Assembly (NCBI RefSeq): GCF_006345805.1 | Contig: NC_043005.1 | Coordinates: 6,324,001-6,388,000 of the forward strand | From: Octopus sinensis | Lineage: Eukaryota | Direction of reading: 5' to 3' | DNA: 64,000 nucleotides | Part shown: positions 25,606 through 39,495 of the stretch, piece by piece | How the letters are laid out: the number at the start of each line of letters is the position of its first letter | Numbering within the stretch: position 1 is the first letter of the stretch | Made by a program: the position numbers and the translations under genes | The notes under the pieces: model-generated | The model's input: the letters and a program-made list of their open reading frames with translations, nothing else | The model's database searches: none | What the model was told of the DNA's origin: nothing

Positions 25606-25960
25606 TATGCATATATATATATGCATATATGTGTACATATGTATATATATTCATATATATGCAAATATATATACATATAGATAGATAAATAGATAGATAT
25701 CGTGTATATATATATATATATATAGATATTATTATATATATATATATTATATATATATACATATATATATATCATATATATATATATATATGTAAACATA
25801 CACATGCAGACATACAAATACATAAATGTACATACATTAAAGTTACATATAGATATATACATACATGTATTTGAATGCATATACATATATACATGGACAC
25901 ACACAAACATATATATACACATATATGTACACACATACATATATGCATACACATGCATAT
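25295..25960. repeat. (TA)n/(CATA) microsatellite
   Basis: Directly visible. Confidence 0.93.
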
Positions 25961-26589
25961 ATAATTTTTAAATTATGTGTGTGTATGCCACTTATATCAC
26001 ATTATTTAACCATAAAACTATCATCATCATCATCATCATCATCATTATTATTATTATTATTGGTATCCTTACTAATTGTCAGTGTGCTTATTTTTAGATG
26101 CTAGCATTGATGTTAACCAATGGCCTCTCTAGAAAATGTTCTACTTATTGCAACTAAAAACAAACAAAAACCCCCCAAAAAGTGGGGGTACCTGCCCCTC
26201 TTTCTCCATCCTACCACGTTTATTTATCTTCTATTCTGCTTATCAGCTGCTCTCCTGCAACTTCCTATTTAGTTGATTTTAGACATGGTGTGACGTATTT
26301 AGCCAAACTGCATACATTATATACGCGCGCGCGCGCGTGTGTGTGTGTGTGTGTGCGCGTGTGTATAAAATTCAGAGACCCAGATATATATACATATATA
26401 TATAAATTAAATTAGAGATACAACCACAATTAGGCAAATCAAACAGTGGAAAACATAAACCAAAACATAGAAATAAAATTAATTAATATAATATACAAAA
26501 AATATATAAAATATAAATTCAAAATTTAAATTATTTAAATTTAAAATTAAAAAAAATTTTTTAATTATTAATTTATACTTATAAATTTT

Positions 26590-26624
<35 letters not shown>

Positions 26625-26664
26625 TTTCATTATTTTTATTTTTATTATTATTATTATTATTTTT

Positions 26665-26696
<32 letters not shown>

Positions 26697-26710
26697 TGTA
26701 TATCTGTCTG

Positions 26711-26752
<42 letters not shown>

Positions 26753-26959
26753 CTACAGAGAGAGAGACAGAGATGTGTGTGTATGTATGCATATATGTAT
26801 GTATATAAATATTAGCCTTTATGGAGATTTAGAATAAAAACAATTTAACATTAAACTGAAGTCTTACTTGGTGTTTATTAAGATTCATTAAAACTGATAT
26901 GGATGAATGTACCCATCTATATATGTATGTTTATATATTTGTGGACGTATATTTTATAT

Positions 26960-27104
26960 CTGTGCAGTAAGAAGCTTGCTTCCCAACTATGTCGTTCCGG
27001 GTTCAGTCCCACTGTAAGGCACTCTGGACTAGCCTCGGGCTGACCAAAGCCTTGTGAGTAGATTTGGTAGACAGAAACTGAATGGAGCCCATCACATATG
27101 AGTG

Positions 27105-27144
<40 letters not shown>

Positions 27145-27345
27145 GTGGCTTTATGGTTGTCCTCCACTATGGCTTGACAACTGTTGTTGGTGTGTTTACC
27201 TCCCCATAACTTAGTGGTTCGGCAGAAGTGACTGATAGAATAAGTACCAGGTTAAATTTTTTTTTCCTAAATAAGAAAACTGGGATCAGTTCATTTGACT
27301 AAATTCCTCATGACCACAATCTCATGACTTGAACAAGGTTAAAAA
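26960..27345 (+). mobile_element. SINE family 1, diverged and CpG-decayed
   Basis: GTTCCGGGTTCAGTCCCACTG...ACCAAAGCCTTGTGAGT...GATAGAATAAGTACC. Confidence 0.85.
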
Positions 27346-27369
27346 AAAACATGTGTATATACATATATA

Positions 27370-27417
<48 letters not shown>

Positions 27418-27606
27418 TATATAATTATATATATATATAATATATTATATATATATATATATTATATATATATATTATATATATATTGTATATATAATAT
27501 ATATGTATATGTGGTGTATATATTATATATATATGTCCAACCATGCTAGCATGGAAAATGGACGTTAAATGATGATGATGATGATGATGATTATATATAT
27601 ATATAT

Positions 27607-27645
<39 letters not shown>

Positions 27646-28400
27646 GTGTGTGTATATATGTATATATTCGAGCTTAAAATTGTATAAGAACTTATGTATA
27701 TGCAATATATGTATATATGAACATAATTGCACCAGATGTAAGTAAATGCCACTGTTTTTATTTATCTGTTTGTTTGTATATTTGTTTTTTCTTTGAGTGG
27801 GTGGTGGGTGGGTGTTGGGGGGCTCCGAAGATTTGATAACCTACATTCTTCTTCTGCTTCAGTGTGTAACCTGCTTCTAAAAACTAAGCTAATCATTCAC
27901 ATCCTTGCAATTTTCAGCTAAAACACACCCTCACAGCTTGGAACAATATGTTGCAGAAAAACACGACACTGTACTGTGTGTGTGAGTGTGTGTGATATTT
28001 ACATACTGAACATACGTACATACACACTTGCACACACACACAACGTACTTCTATCAGAGAGTGCAATATATTCCCTGTTGGCTGAAGGTTGCTTCATTGC
28101 ATTACAACCCAGAGTTTTGCCATTTAATGGCTCATCCAGTAATTGCGTAATGCATGTATATACACGTGTGTGTGTTCATTTACAAGTTCCAGTCATTACC
28201 ATATTTAGGCATCGCATTCTATCAATATGTGCACTTACATTGACACAGCTGCCCATTTCATTGACTTTGGAAGGTTGAAAGGCAAATTACACTTGTGTGG
28301 TGTGTGTGGTTGTGTGGGTGTGTGTACGTGTGTGTGGTTGTTGGGGTGTAATATATTAATATATATATATATATAATATATATATATTATATATATATAT

Positions 28401-28700
28401 TGTGATCACATGATCGACCAGACAAGTATTGGATGTTGTTACACATCACTGGTCACAATGTGCTTAGCACTGTTTAGGCTTCCAACTGATGCCGCCAGGC
28501 TGACTAGGTGAGCAGGCCAACATCCCCTGTGATCAGAGGACTAGTCCAACACAGGGTGACTCATTTACAGCTGAGTGGACTGGACCAATGTGAAATGAAG
28601 TGGTTTGCTCAAGAATACAAGGCACCGCTTGGTCTGGAAGCCAAACCCACAATCTAGCAATCAAAAGTACAACATTCTAACCACTTGGTTACACACATAC
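28401..28700 (-). mobile_element. tRNA-headed SINE, body B plus tail Y
   Basis: Body TTCTTGAGCAAACCACTTCATTTCAC as in 47516; tail CATTGTGACCAGTGATGTGTAACAACATC as in 44291. Confidence 0.75.
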
Positions 28701-28756
28701 ACACACATGCTAAGACATGACTAAGACACATCTTAGCTTTTATATATATATATATA

Positions 28757-29155
28757 AGGAGTGGCTGTATGGTAAGTAGCTTGTTTACCAACCACATGGT
28801 TCCGGGTTCAGTCCCACTGTGTGGCACCTTGGGCAAGTGTCTTCTACTATAGCCTCGGGCCGACCAAAGCCTTGTGAGTGGATTTGGTAGATGGAAACTG
28901 AAAGAAGTCCATCGTATATATGTATATATATATATGCATGTGTGTGTTTGTGTGTCTGTGTTTGTCCCCCCAACATTGCTTGACAACTGATGCTGGTGTG
29001 TTTATGTCCCCATCACTTAGTGGTTCGGCAAAATAGACCGATAGAATAAGTACTGGGCTTACAATGAATAAGTCTCGGGGTTGAGTTGCTTGATTAAAGG
29101 CGGTGCTCCAGCATGGCCGCAGTCAAATGACTGAAACAAGTAAAAGAGTAAGAGT
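28757..29155 (+). mobile_element. SINE family 1 (OK-like), full length
   Basis: A/B-box head (TGGCTGTATGGTAA, GGTTCAGTCC), conserved body, internal microsatellite, tail GGCGGTGCTCCAGCATGGCCGCAGTCAAATGACTGAAAC and (AAGAGT)n. Confidence 0.93.
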
Positions 29156-29747
29156 ATATATATATATTAATATACATATAATATATATATATATATATAT
29201 ATGATAGATAGATAGATAGATTAGATAGATAGATAGATAGATAGATAGATATATAGATAGATAGATTACAATATCCCCTCCACCATTGCAGGTGTTTTGT
29301 TCCAAAATCCCCATGATTGGTGAAAATCCACAAAGTAGAAACAGAACTGTACTGTATATTTTTTAAAAATTATTTTTATAATTTGTATTTATTTATTTTA
29401 TTATAAATGCAGAACACCACACCCCACACTCACCTCCCAAGTTTTGTTTTCCATACAGTATGTGCGATCCTTTGTTTACTTGGTACACTAGGTATCTTCT
29501 TCTGATATATTTTAATGGGTGTGTTTATACAATGCACTTCCTGTTCAGTCAACTGTCATCAGTGTTGTCATACACTCATATGTTAATGGGATTTGGTAGG
29601 TGGAAACTGTGTAGAAGCCTGTTGTATAAATAAATATGTGTGTGTGTATGTGTGTACAAGTGTCTGTTAGTACCCTCACTGCTTGACAACTAGTGTTGGT
29701 TTGTTTATGTTCTTGTAAAGTTCAAATGAAGTGAAGTCTGTCATATA

Positions 29748-29799
<52 letters not shown>

Positions 29800-30323
29800 T
29801 GTGTCTCTATCTCAGTTAGAATAAAGCAAAAAAGCAGAATGATACTATTCCCTTTGGTAAAGTCATTAATGCCACAACATCACATTCACCCCTTCCTCTG
29901 TAACACCTACAAACTCTTTTCCAGAGTCAAAAATAAACTGAAACTACTCATAAAAGAAATCACTGCCATCTGTCTGTCTGTCTCGGATGGAACAAAGAAC
30001 AAAAAAAATAGAAAAGAAGCGGAAATGTTTTAAAAATAAACATGAAACCTTAAAAAAAAAAAGATAAACAAAACTGATATGTGTGTCTGCCTCCACACAC
30101 CAACCAACCAACCAACCAACCAACCAACCAACCAACCAACCAACCATACAACCATCCATTCCAAAAATGGTGTCTGGAAACAAATGGAACGTGTGTTTGA
30201 CAAAAGTCACTTGCATCAAAAAAAACAACTTTGGTACATATTTACTTAAGTCATTTGCTCTGACTTCAAACTGTCGACCATTACACATGAAATGTAATCG
30301 ACTGAGAATAGATTGTTTGTGTT

Positions 30324-30490
30324 AGATGATGATGATGATGATGATGATGATGATCACAGCTATGATGATGATGATGATGATGATGATCACAACTATGATG
30401 ATGATGATGATGATGATGATCACAGCTATGGCAATGATAGTGATGATGATGATGATGATGATGATGATGACAATGACAGTGATAGTGAAA
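30324..30490. repeat. (GAT)n with higher-order unit (GAT)n-CAC-ARC-TAT
   Basis: Three units of about 33 bp are visible. Confidence 0.9.
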
Positions 30491-30509
30491 TTGATAATCT
30501 TTTCTACTC

Positions 30510-30624
30510 TAGGCACAAGGCCCAAAATTAGGGGGGGGGCAGTCGATTAGATCAACCTCAGTATGCAACTGGTACTTAATTTATCGATCCTAAAAGGATG
30601 AAAGGCAAAGTCGACCTTGGCAGC
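30510..30624 (-). mobile_element. SINE family 2 fragment
   Basis: ACTGGTACTTAATTTATCGA...AGGATGAAAGGCAAAGTCGACC. Confidence 0.85.
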
Positions 30625-30876
30625 ATGACAATGATGATGATGATGATGAAGATACCAATGATGATGACAACAACAATGATGATATTGATGGTGATGATGA
30701 TGATGATGATGATGACTATGGTGATAATGATGACAAATCTGTCTTCATTGAAGGGGTGGGGTGCCCCAGCATTGCTACAATCCAAAAGAATGAAACAAGT
30801 TTGAGAATTAAAGAATGTAAATAAATTGTATGGCTGAAATGTGTAACGTTAGTCTTGTATGATGTGTATTTGGCTT

Positions 30877-31025
30877 CAAATTTTGCCACAGGGGAGGGTG
30901 CTAGTTGATTGCATCGACCCCAGCGTTCAACTGGTACTTAATTTATCGACCCCGAAAAGACTGAAAGGCAAGGTCAACCTCGGCAGAATTTGAACCCAGA
31001 ACATGCAGATAGATGAAATGCCGAA
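30877..31025 (-). mobile_element. SINE family 2 fragment
   Basis: ATCGACCCCAG...ACTGGTACTTAATTTATCGACCCCGAAA. Confidence 0.85.
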
Positions 31026-31139
31026 ACTAAGTCATCTATGGTCAAAGGCGTTCCAGCCATGACCATCTCATACTTTATTCGATATATTGCATCAAGGACT
31101 ATATTATTCAGTGTGTCATTTATCCTTCTCTTTTAAGAT

Positions 31140-31680
31140 CATCATCATCATCGTTTAACATCTGCTTTCCATGCTAGCATGGGTTGGACGTTTTAACTGA
31201 GGGCTGGAGAACCAGATGGCTGCACCAGGCTTCAATCTTGATCTGGCAGTGTTTCTACAGCTGGATGCCCTTCCTAACACCAACCACTCCGAGAGTGTAG
31301 TGGGTGCTTTTTATGTGCCACCGGTATGGGGGCCAGTCAGGCAGTACTGGCAACAACCTCGCTCTAACCTTTTTACACGTGCCACCAGCAAGGCGTCATT
31401 GGTAACGATCACGCTCGAATGGTGCCTTTTACGTGCCATTGGCACGGAAACCACTTGGCTGCTCTGGCAATGATCATGCTCAGAAAGTGCTCTTGGTACC
31501 CTACTAGCACGGGCACAAGTGCCAGTAAGCAACGCTGGTAACGATCACACATGAATGGTGCCTTTTATTTGCCACTGGCACGGAAGCCAGTTGGCCGCTT
31601 TGTCAACGATCACGCTCGTATGGTGCTCTTTGCACCCCACTAGCATGGATGCCAGTCATCGAATGTGATTTTGATTTTGA
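31140..31680 (-). mobile_element. SINE-like family 4, complete insertion with TSD and internal minisatellite
   Basis: (GAT)n tail on minus, AGGAAGGGCATCCAGC domain, four repeats of about 65-70 bp, TSD TTTAAGAT at 31132-31139 and 31681-31688. Confidence 0.85.
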
Positions 31681-32269
31681 TTTAAGATGGTAGCAAAATA
31701 TACTTTGGTAGACTTAGCTGCTGTTTCTAGTAAGACATGTGACTCACTAGTGGCTCTCGGTACATGTGAGATTTTCTGTGATTCTCTACACAGTATCTGC
31801 CCTTGGGTGAAGCATGTACAGCACACGTTTCATTGCCTCTTACGTGTGTGTGTGTGTGTACACATGAGTGAGGGAGAGAAAGTGAAGTGTGTATATGTGT
31901 GTGTGTGTGTGCATGTGAGAAAGTGTGTATGCGTGTGTTTATCATGAGTGTTTATCATTAACAATAGGCTGCTGGATGTAGACAAAAGAAGGATCTAATA
32001 GCGCTGACCTTAGATAAAATAAATAAACTGAAAGGTCTAGTATTTTGCTACCAAATTAATATATAATTGGCTTCAAGACAAGGACCACACAGGCACACAC
32101 ACACACACACACACACACACATTCTGAACCATCCCATTATCTTTCTTTTGCAAATCTTCTTTTCATAAAAGAACAAGAAAAGAAACATACAGGCAAAACC
32201 ATTTTGAGCCCATGAGAAATTTGCCTTTTTCTGTTTTTACTTCCAACTCCCAATCCTTTGACCCGGAAC

Positions 32270-32490
32270 CCCTTTAGCATTCAAATGACTCAGTCAAATT
32301 CAAGGCTCTCTTATCCTTACATATTTTGAATTGATAATGCATTGTCTTGTAACTTCAAGATTCCAACAATCTGATTGTTTACTTTTACAATGACATTGTA
32401 GTGTTGGTGTGAGAAGCCAGATATGGCATGTCTGAACATAAAGCAGAATATTTGGACCAGTTGTGGCTGGTTCAAATACCAAAAGATTAA
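32270..32490. mobile_element. piggyBac-like MITE, decayed
   Basis: CCCTTTAGCATT ... AATACCAAAAGA followed by TTAA. Confidence 0.5.
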
Positions 32491-32574
32491 AACAACATTT
32501 TTTATTTTTACTTTTTTATTTTATTCTGTATATTTTTCTCTTCTCTGTAGTCTATATAGGATTATATCATTTTT

Positions 32575-32768
32575 TTTACTTGTTTCAGTCACTGAGCTGT
32601 GGCCAAGCTGGGGCACCACACTGAATAAAGGAACAGTTCAGTCAAACAAATCAACCCCAGTAATTATTTTCTTACTTAAGTCTGCTAATTATTCTATTTG
32701 GTTAAGTTACAGCGATGTAAACAAACCAACACCAGTTATCATGGAATGAAATGGGGAATAAACACAAA

Positions 32769-32801
<33 letters not shown>

Positions 32802-32987
32802 CACAACTGCTGATCTACAAGTTCTTTTCATTCTCTCCCTATTTATTGTCTCTTGTTCCTCTCTGTTGAAGAGCATAAGCTCGAAATGTAAAAAACGTTT
32901 TCATTTTCCTGAGCATCAAACTAATACACTTGCTTGCTGTTCATACACTCGTCTTCGCCTTTTGTTTTTTCTATAAATTTCAGCTAT

Positions 32988-33018
<31 letters not shown>

Positions 33019-33198
33019 AACACACGCACATGTATGACAGGCTTCTGCACAGTTTCCGTCCAATAAATACACTCACCAGGCATTAGTAGGCCCAAGGATA
33101 TAACAGAAGATACTTGTCCAAGGTGCCATGCAGCAGGACTGAACCCTCGAGCCCCATGGTTAGGAAGCAAGTTTCCTAACCACCCAGCTATGTCTGCA
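32575..33198 (-). mobile_element. SINE family 1 interrupted within its internal microsatellite
   Basis: Tail half at 32575-32770 and head half at 33035-33198 flank a foreign segment of about 190 bp. Confidence 0.78.
32859..32894 (+). ncRNA. Minimal hammerhead-like motif, A6U variant
   Basis: CTGTTGA / A / GAGC-ATAA-GCTC / GAAA / TG / TA. Stem I is decayed. Confidence 0.45.
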
Positions 33199-33361
33199 CC
33201 TTGTTTGCTGTTATGTTTGTGGTGACTTGCATTCTTTGAAGAGCAACTGCACCGTTATCCCTGCAATAATTAGTGTAATGATTCTTATAGTTTCCAACTT
33301 AATGACCTAATTAATTATACCTTTATGTTTGGTGATTATGAATTCAAAGTGGGTTTACTGT

Positions 33362-33752
33362 TTTACTGTTTTACTTGTTTCAGTCATTTGACTGCGGCCA
33401 TGCTGGAGCACCGCCTTTAATCAAGCAACTCGACCCCGGGACTTATTCTTTGTAAGCCCAGTACTTATTCTATCGGTCTCTTTTTGCCGAACCGCTAAGT
33501 GACGGGAACGTAAACACACCAGCATCGGTTGTCAAGCAATGCTAAGGGGACAAATACAGACACACAAACACACACGCATATATATATACATATATACAAC
33601 GGGCTTCTTCCAGTTTCCGTCTACCAAATCCACTCACAAGGCTTTGGTCGGCTCGAGGCTATAGTAGAAGACACTTGCCCAAGGTGCCACGTAGTGGGAC
33701 TGAACCCAGAACCATGTGGTTGGTAAACAAGTTACTTACCACACAGCCACTC
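33362..33752 (-). mobile_element. SINE family 1, full length, little diverged
   Basis: Reverse complement closely matches 28757-29155 and 48214-48708. Confidence 0.94.
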
Positions 33753-34063
33753 ATTTTAATTCTTTTTATTTATTTTTCTTATTGTAGTTCTTTATTCAGG
33801 TCTGTCTTGTGATTAAATATTTGCTGCCTTTGTACCAAACATATTTATGTTCTGTTCATTTTCTTTTTTTGTTTGTTTGTTTGTTATTTAGCAAGCTTTC
33901 CTTCCTGTTCTTTGGTAATTTAGATGAGGTGGGGGTCAGGGATGTGGGGGGCACCTCACCCATAATAATTACCAAGTTAGGGTTTGTTAAGTGCATCTGT
34001 TGTTTAATGTTATGAGTTTATATATATATGTATGTGTGTGTATGTGTGTATGTATGCATGTAA

Positions 34064-34094
<31 letters not shown>

Positions 34095-34242
34095 CATACA
34101 GACATACATACATACATACATATATATGTATATATATATATATATATATATCAAAGACAAAAGAAAACAGCTTTATTTTTCTTCGACAAGTGCAAATACC
34201 ATTGATGTCTGAAAACTAAGACTGCTGAAAGGCAGGCATATG

Positions 34243-34286
<44 letters not shown>

Positions 34287-34589
34287 ATATATATATATAT
34301 ATATGCATGTGTGTGTGTATGTATAAGTGCGTGTGTGTGTGTGTGTAAGTATTATATACATGCTTATTAGAAGTGTTTCAGAGAAAACTATAGAATTCCA
34401 AGATATATATTGTGAAAGCCTATAAACTAAATAGTCATTCTACACCCATAAAGAAAGTAAAATGACATTCCACAACCCACCAAAGTGCTTATATAAATAT
34501 ACACACAACAATATCATATCGCTACATCATTATCATGTGTTTTACGTATAAGTATATATATATATATATATATATATAGGCTTAATAAT

Positions 34590-35140
34590 GTTTAGACCTA
34601 TGAAAGGTGTTCCAGCCATGACCAACCCATCATACTTTTAAATCTAAAAGGAAATACATTTTCCAATGTGTCCTTATTTTTCTTTTTAAGACTAAGGTAT
34701 GGTTTCAGGAGCAGATTTGACTGCTATTTCTAGCACATCGAAAGATTACATAGAGGTTTACTCGGATTGTTGCAGCTGCATTGTTGCTGTTTAAATCCTA
34801 GTCAATTGTGATTGAGTTGAATTATGATCAAAAGCATTCCAGTTGTGACCATCCCAATTAAAATTTTTTTTTTTTATCATCCAGTAGTCTGGACAAAACG
34901 CTGTGGCTGAGTTAACTCAGGGTTGAATCTTAGTCACAGCAGCCTCCCCTCAAATTGTATTGGCAATGCCCCAGCATGGCCACAGCCTCTAGCTGAAACT
35001 GATCAGAGGATAATAGAATAATATCAGAGGTATTAAATTGCTTAATGGATTCTTTAATTAAAATATGATGAAATTTGTGAGGGATTTGGTTGCTATTTCT
35101 ATTAGGCCAAGCAACATTATAAAAGCTCCCCAGGTGGCAC
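34590..35140 (+). mobile_element. Old unclassified repeat family (GCTATTTCTAGCA / TTCCAGCCATGACCA), two copies, second interrupted by a LINE-B-like tail
   Basis: The same motifs recur near 17650, 18500, 31040, 31720, 35200, 36290, 39050, 39260, 54800, 56760 and 58950. Confidence 0.7.
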
Positions 35141-35361
35141 ATGGCTCGTAGCTGTTTTCATTGGGTCAGTTTTGACTCCATCAAATTAATCTTAGGTTCA
35201 GACTGCCTGAAATAGTAGCTAAATTTCCCTCACATCACATACCTCCATCTTAAAAATATAAAAAAGGACACAATGGATAATGTAATCCAAGGTGCTCTAG
35301 GCCTGAAAAAAAGACAATATATAAATATATTTTTATATATGCATATATATTTTTATATCTA

Positions 35362-35660
35362 CATCATCATCGTCGTTTAACGTCCGCTTTCCGTGCTGGC
35401 ATGGGTTGGACAGTTTGACTGAGGACTGGCGAGCCAGAAGGCTGCATCAGACTTATCTATATTCATATATCATCATCATCATCGTTTAACGTCCGTTTTC
35501 CATGCTGGCATGGGTTGGACGGTTCGACCGGGATCTGGGAAGCCAGGAGGCTGCACCAGGCTCCAGCCTGATCTGGCAGAGTTTCTACAGCTAGATGCCC
35601 TTCCTAACGCCAACCACTCCGTGAGTGTAGTGGGTGCTTTTTATGTACCTTTTACGTGCC
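35362..35660 (-). mobile_element. SINE-like family 4, two tandem 3' fragments
   Basis: CATCATCGTTTAACGTCCG...CATGGGTTGGAC occurs twice. Confidence 0.85.
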
Positions 35661-35870
35661 TTATATATACTTATATATTTTTATGTATACATATACATAT
35701 TTATAAATACTTATATATTTCTGTACACACACACACACACATGCATGCACGCACACTCATATATATGAGAGAGAGATAAGAAAATTATAGACTTCATTCT
35801 CTCTTCCTGAATATTTTTCAAGAGAGAAACTAAAAATACACGGTGATTAGTGCCAAGTAAAACAACCCCA

Positions 35871-35912
<42 letters not shown>

Positions 35913-36426
35913 TGCACTTAAATGAAACTGGAAGCCGACATAATAAATTTAAGAGATTTAAAAGATGAACGATGATAATTTAATCAAGTGTAATGCAGAT
36001 ATTCCCATCATCTCCAAATCTCTATAAAGGCAGACGGTATTAACAAAGAACTACATACTTGTTTCTCTCGCAGACGTTTAATTATCGTTACATAATTGAA
36101 TTCAGACATAACGCTCATTTCGAGGTGACATGCTGAGGGCATTTCCCGCCTGACTGAGTTTTTGTACTAATAGTTACCCCCACCATCACCAAAACCACCA
36201 CCTCCATCTGTCTGTGTCTCTCTCTCTTTCAATAAAATGGCTTTCTTTGCGATGTCAAAGAGTCAAAGTTTTTATGTGGTTGCTGAGCCTGGTAGAAATA
36301 GCAGCCAAATCTCCTTCACCTTGTACCATATAGACTTTTAAAACAAGTGGCAGAGCAGGCAAACGTACAATGGATAATGTAACTCTAAATAAACTATGTG
36401 TGAAAAAAAAATAACAAAAAAACACA

Positions 36427-36582
36427 GGAATAGCTGTGTGGTAAGAAGTTTGCTTCCCGACCACATGGTTTAAGGTTCAGTCCCACTGTGTGGCACCTTG
36501 GGCAAGTGTCTTCCACTTTCACCTCGGCCTGACCAAAGCCTTGTGAATATATTTGGTAGAGGAAAGTTGAAAGAAGCTTGTT
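36427..36582 (+). mobile_element. SINE family 1, 5' half
   Basis: GCTGTGTGGTAAGAAG...GGCACCTTGGGCAAGTGTCTTC. Confidence 0.85.
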
Positions 36583-36789
36583 ATGTACGTTTGCCAGTTC
36601 CACTCAAACTGTCCAATCCATCCATGCCAGCCTGGAAAATGGACATTAAGTGATGAGGATGATGGATTGGAAGAACCATTAGGAACTTCTGTGAGAAGTA
36701 CCTTGCAGTATTTCTTTAATCTTCTAAGTTCCAATTCTGCCAAGATCAACTTTACTTTTCCTCAATCCAGGGTCAAAAAAATAAGTTAC

Positions 36790-37205
36790 TGAAACCATTT
36801 ACTCCTTATGGGTCATAGGAGGTCTTTCATGACTTTTCTTCAATGTTCTCAACTCTGTGCTGTCATTTCTGCATCACTTCAGTTGGATCCTGGTTTTTTG
36901 GGCCTTGCAGTTTCCTTTCAGATTTTGCTACTCCTGTACCTTGTTTCCATGGTGGAAGGCCTTCCTCTCCTAGGTCTTGCTCATTTTGAATTGTCCTCAT
37001 CGCTTCTGTAACTTTGCTTTCTTCTAAATAGGAATGTAGGCCCTAGGCAAACCCATTTTCACCTCTATGAAGCGAAAATCCATATTAACCTGACCCCTAT
37101 CCTTTGATCTGTCCAGCATGGATGGCCCTACCTGGAGCTTGTGTTTCACTGACATTGCCCTCAAGTTCAATGTGACACACAAGGCACCACACAGCAACAA
37201 GAACC
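36790..37205 (-). mobile_element. Bipartite non-autonomous RTE derivative (5' UTR joined to 3' end)
   Basis: Minus strand has an RTE-type 5' UTR (GCTCCAGGTAGGGCCATCCATGCTGGACAGATCAAAGG), followed after about 200 bp by an RTE C-terminal remnant AQS*EH*RKVM. Confidence 0.55.
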
Positions 37206-37311
37206 AGATCTGGCAGTGGTTTGAGGTCAGTGGCATCAGCTAACCCCCTCCCCTCAAACGTGTGGGCTTTGTGCTAAGAGAAATTATTATTATTATTATA
37301 TTATTACAAAG

Positions 37312-37462
37312 ACAGCAAGCCGATGGAATCATTAGAAAGCCAGTATTTGTTCTAGCTTTTTACATTCTGAGTTCAAATCCTGTTGAGATCAACTTTGCCT
37401 TTCATCCCCTTAGGATTGATAAACTAAAATACCAGCCAAACACCAGGTTTCATGATTTAAAT
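37312..37462 (+). mobile_element. SINE family 2 (resumes at 38148-38175)
   Basis: TTCTGAGTTCAAATCC...GCCTTTCATCCC...TACCAG. Confidence 0.8.
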
Positions 37463-38139
<677 letters not shown>

Positions 38140-38371
38140 ATTTAGATTAAGCCCCTCTCTTCAAAACTGCCAACTTTATTATTACTATCCTTCCTTTGTC
38201 GAAAAAAGAAACTTAGATGTTATTAGGATGTTTCATTTAAAGAAAGGGGAGATAATTTCAAACTATTAAGAACACATTCCAGAAAAAATTTAATTTCCGT
38301 GCCTGAGGCTACAAACAAATAAATAAAAATGTGTGTAATTATAAGTCTAATTATAAATATGTCTGTTATAT

Positions 38372-38473
<102 letters not shown>

Positions 38474-38647
38474 CGACTGCGTGTTATAAATGATACTTTA
38501 TATCAACTGTATCTTAATTGCTTGGAGAAGAAATAAATCATAATATAAGTAACAAATTGAAGGGAAGGAAAAGAAGAAATATGAAAGAGATTCCTATTTC
38601 TCCCGAGATCTTAAAGTACAGACTCATCCATTGCTTTCTATATATAT

Positions 38648-38794
38648 ATCATCATCATCATCATCATTTAGCGTCCGCTTTCCATGCTTGCATGGGTTGG
38701 ACTGTTCGACTGGGGTCTGTGAAGTCGGAAGGCTGCATCAGGCCCAGTCTGATCTGGCAGTGTTTCTACGGCTGGATGCCCTTCCTAACGCCAA
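38648..38794 (-). mobile_element. SINE-like family 4, 3' fragment
   Basis: CATGGGTTGGAC...GCTGGATGCCCTTCCTAACGCCAA. Confidence 0.85.
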
Positions 38795-38978
38795 GTATAT
38801 ATATATATATACATACATAAACACATAGACATACACACAGATGCATTCAGATACAAACGTACAGACACACAGACAGACACATGCACACACGCATATAAAA
38901 ACCTAGACACTCTGTACACAAACCTAACAGCTCTTCTAACACAGAACACTCACCACACAGCCACTCCCTCATACACGT

Positions 38979-39011
<33 letters not shown>

Positions 39012-39390
39012 TATAAAGTCAGTACTAAGAGAGAGAGAAAAATTGCTAAAAAATGCAGTCAAATCTCTCTAAAGTTACTTCCCGATGTCTTAGAAAGAGA
39101 AGGCCACTTTGGAAATGATGAAAAAAAGAAACAAAACAGAATGGGATGATCACGAGGTGTATGTATCTATTCAGTAAGAGTTGACCCGTGGTTAAACAAC
39201 ACCACACACAATAATGAGGGAGCTTATGAAGAAGAAGCAGTGTGGTTGCTTAATATACTAAAAATAGCAGCCAGAACTCCCTGAAATCACCCCCTCCTGT
39301 TTTAAAAGGGGAAAAGTAAAGGGCAAATTGAATAATGTAGTTTCATATATGGTGTGGCTAGTTTATGCGCGCGCGCACACACACACACAC

Positions 39391-39495
<105 letters not shown>

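Noticed and set aside
30313-30531. Asp/His-rich ORF resembling a biomineral protein
   Set aside because: Pure (GAT)n expansion that runs into a SINE; no exon evidence.
31400-31640. Repeat-spacer-like pattern
   Set aside because: Whole units are homologous; it is a minisatellite inside a retroposon.
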